A stretch of DNA of 64,000 nucleotides from Amoebidium appalachense (lineage: Eukaryota; Protista; Ichthyosporea), in NCBI GenBank assembly GCA_963693365.1, contig CAVNZM010000009.1, forward strand, positions 5,882,545 through 5,946,544, in the 5' to 3' direction. The notes under the pieces were generated by a model. That model was not told the DNA's origin. It saw only the letters and a program-made list of their open reading frames with translations, and did not search any database. Made by a program: the position numbers and the translations under genes. Below are positions 61,889-64,000 of this stretch, one piece after another (position 1 is the first letter of the stretch; each line of letters begins with the position of its first letter).

Positions 61889-64000
61889 CGGATGAAGTAG
61901 AGTCCGCTGTGACTAGGGTCGTCGTGGCGCGCTTGGGCGCTGACCCGTTTTTTTACTGCTTTCAGTGTGTTAACTCCATGACTGAACTCCATGACTTAAC
62001 TCCATGACTTAACTCCATGACTGAACTCCATGTCTGAACTCCATGACTTAACTCCATGTCTGAACTCCATGTCTGCACCTGGCAGAGACGTGGCTTATAT
62101 ACCCGTGGGGCAGCAGTCTGGAATGTAATCCGGATGCCAGGTGCTAATCGGATTGGTTACTTTCATTTAGAGATCTCTGGGACCAGTGAACCAATCGTTT
62201 GCAGTCAAAACACAATTGGCAACATTCCTCAACTATGCAGATGTGCATGTGGTGATCGAGTGTCAGCGTGTGTCTGTGTACACGGAACCAATTGTAAAGC
62301 TAACATACACATATTGTGGAGTGAGCGTAAGTCTGCACTCCAACACCCCTACCCAATTGGAGAAGTGTACACACCACTGTAGAGAAGAGAGAGTGAGTGT
62401 GGCTGCTTGCAGGGTAGACCGGGGTGTGCATTCCACTGTGGTGCGTGCCCCGCCAATGAAGTGGAATACTTGACGTTGATGTCGCAGGCTGCTGCGGATG
62501 GAGTTTGTGGAAGCGAAAGTCTCTACTTCACGGAAATACGCTCGCGGGTGTAGGGTACAGCCTAGAAGTCGGTTTCTGGGCTCCTCCGTTCAAGGCGTCG
62601 TAGGGGACGTGAAGTTAGAGGCCGCGGTGTCGTGTCTGGGCCCATAACCCTGTTGGAAGTAGAGTCCGCTGTGACTAGGGTCGTCGTGGCGCGCTTGGGC
62701 GCTGACCCGTTTTTTTACTGCTTTCAGTGTGTTAACTCCATGACTGAACTCCATGACTTAACTCCATGACTTAACTCCATGACTGAACTCCATGTCTGAA
62801 CTCCATGTCTGAACTCCATGACTTAACTCCATGACTTAACTCCATGACTTAACTCCATGACTGAACTCCATGTCTGAACTCCATGACTTAACTCCATGAC
62901 TGAACTCCATGTCTGAACTCCATGTCTGCACCTGGCAGAGACGTGGCTTATATACCCGTGGGGCAGCAGTCTGGAATGTAATCCGGATGCCAGGTGCTAA
63001 TCGGATTGGTTACTTTCATTTAGAGATCTCTGGGACCAGTGAACCAATCGTTTGCAGTCAAAACACAATTGGCAACATTCCTCAACTATGCAGATGTGCA
63101 TGTGGTGATCGAGTGTCAGCGTGTGTCTGTGTACACGGAACCAATTGTAAAGCTAACATACACATATTGTGGAGTGAGCGTAAGTCTGCACTCCAACACC
63201 CCTACCCAATTGGAGAAGTGTACACACCACTGTAGAGAAGAGAGAGTGAGTGTGGCTGCTTGCAGGGTAGACCGGGGTGTGCATTCCACTGTGGTGCGTG
63301 CCCCGCCAATGAAGTGGAATACTTGACGTTGATGTCGCAGGCTGCTGCGGATGGAGTTTGTGGAAGCGAAAGTCTCTACTTCACGGAAATACGCTCGCGG
63401 GTGTAGGGTACAGCCTAGAAGTCGGTTTCTGGGCTCCTCCGTTCAAGGCGTCGTAGGGGACGTGAAGTTAGAGGCCGCGGTGTCGTGTCTGGGCCCATAA
63501 CCCTGTTGGAAGTAGAGTCCGCTGTGACTAGGGTCGTCGTGGCGCGCTTGGGCGCTGACCCGTTTTTTTTACTGCTTTCAGTGTGTTAACTCCATGACTG
63601 AACTCCATGACTTAACTCCATGACTTAACTCCATGACTGAACTCCATGTCTGAACTCCATGACTTAACTCCATGACTGAACTCCATGACTTAACTCCATG
63701 ACTGAACTCCATGTCTGAACTCCATGTCTGCACCTGGCAGAGACGTGGCTTATATACCCGTGGGGCAGCAGTCTGGAATGTAATCCGGATGCCAGGTGCT
63801 AATCGGATTGGTTACTTTCATTTAGAGATCTCTGGGACCAGTGAACCAATCGTTTGCAGTCAAAACACAATTGGCAACATTCCTCAACTATGCAGATGTG
63901 CATGTGGTGATCGAGTGTCAGCGTGTGTCTGTGTACACGGAACCAATTGTAAAGCTAACATACACATATTGTGGAGTGAGCGTAAGTCTGCACTCCAACA
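60988..64000 (-). mobile_element. Tandem array of the Copia-type TRIM (LTR-interior-LTR-interior...), reaching the window end
   Basis: LTRs 60988-61483, 61789/61894-62345, 62651-63198 and 63504-64000 alternate with 305-bp interiors carrying PBS and PPT; homologous to 7682-8747. Confidence 0.92.

Noticed and set aside
61194-63326. Identical 108-aa and 95-aa ORFs repeated three times
   Set aside because: They are antisense to the TRIM, lie mostly in the LTR and start inside or near the variable repeat; identity reflects recent duplication.
61071-63730. CRISPR-like appearance of the 13-bp repeats (and of the 183-bp array at 45584-47455)
   Set aside because: Head-to-tail repeats without unique spacers, no cas genes, eukaryotic context.

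Overview
Eukaryotic, intron-rich genomic DNA. The introns are full of G/C homopolymers and CA/GT microsatellites, and most ORFs in the track are artefacts of this. Bases 63-4896 hold the last seven exons of a ubiquitin-activating enzyme E1 (UBA1). The remaining ~58 kb is a nested transposon cluster whose order can be read from target-site duplications (TSDs). (1) A decayed LINE is interrupted by a Copia-type TRIM (TSD GAGGC) and by a chromodomain Gypsy (TSD GCTTG). That Gypsy holds a Copia, which holds a solo LTR of its own family. (2) A second, truncated Gypsy copy is interrupted by a TRIM carrying a tRNA-like gene in each LTR (TSD AAAAG), with a Harbinger inside it. (3) The LTR of that Gypsy is split by a 25-kb TIR element (CATCAG..., 2-bp TSD). 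It contains a Dada-like transposon with a DEDDy exonuclease inserted inside its terminal repeat, a 183-bp satellite, and a complete Ngaro-type tyrosine-recombinase (YR) retrotransposon whose recombinase appears to sit behind an intron. (4) The window ends with a decayed YR element, a third Gypsy end and a tandem array of the first TRIM with a hypervariable 13-bp repeat in each LTR. Family calls come from motif recognition by eye; no database search was run.
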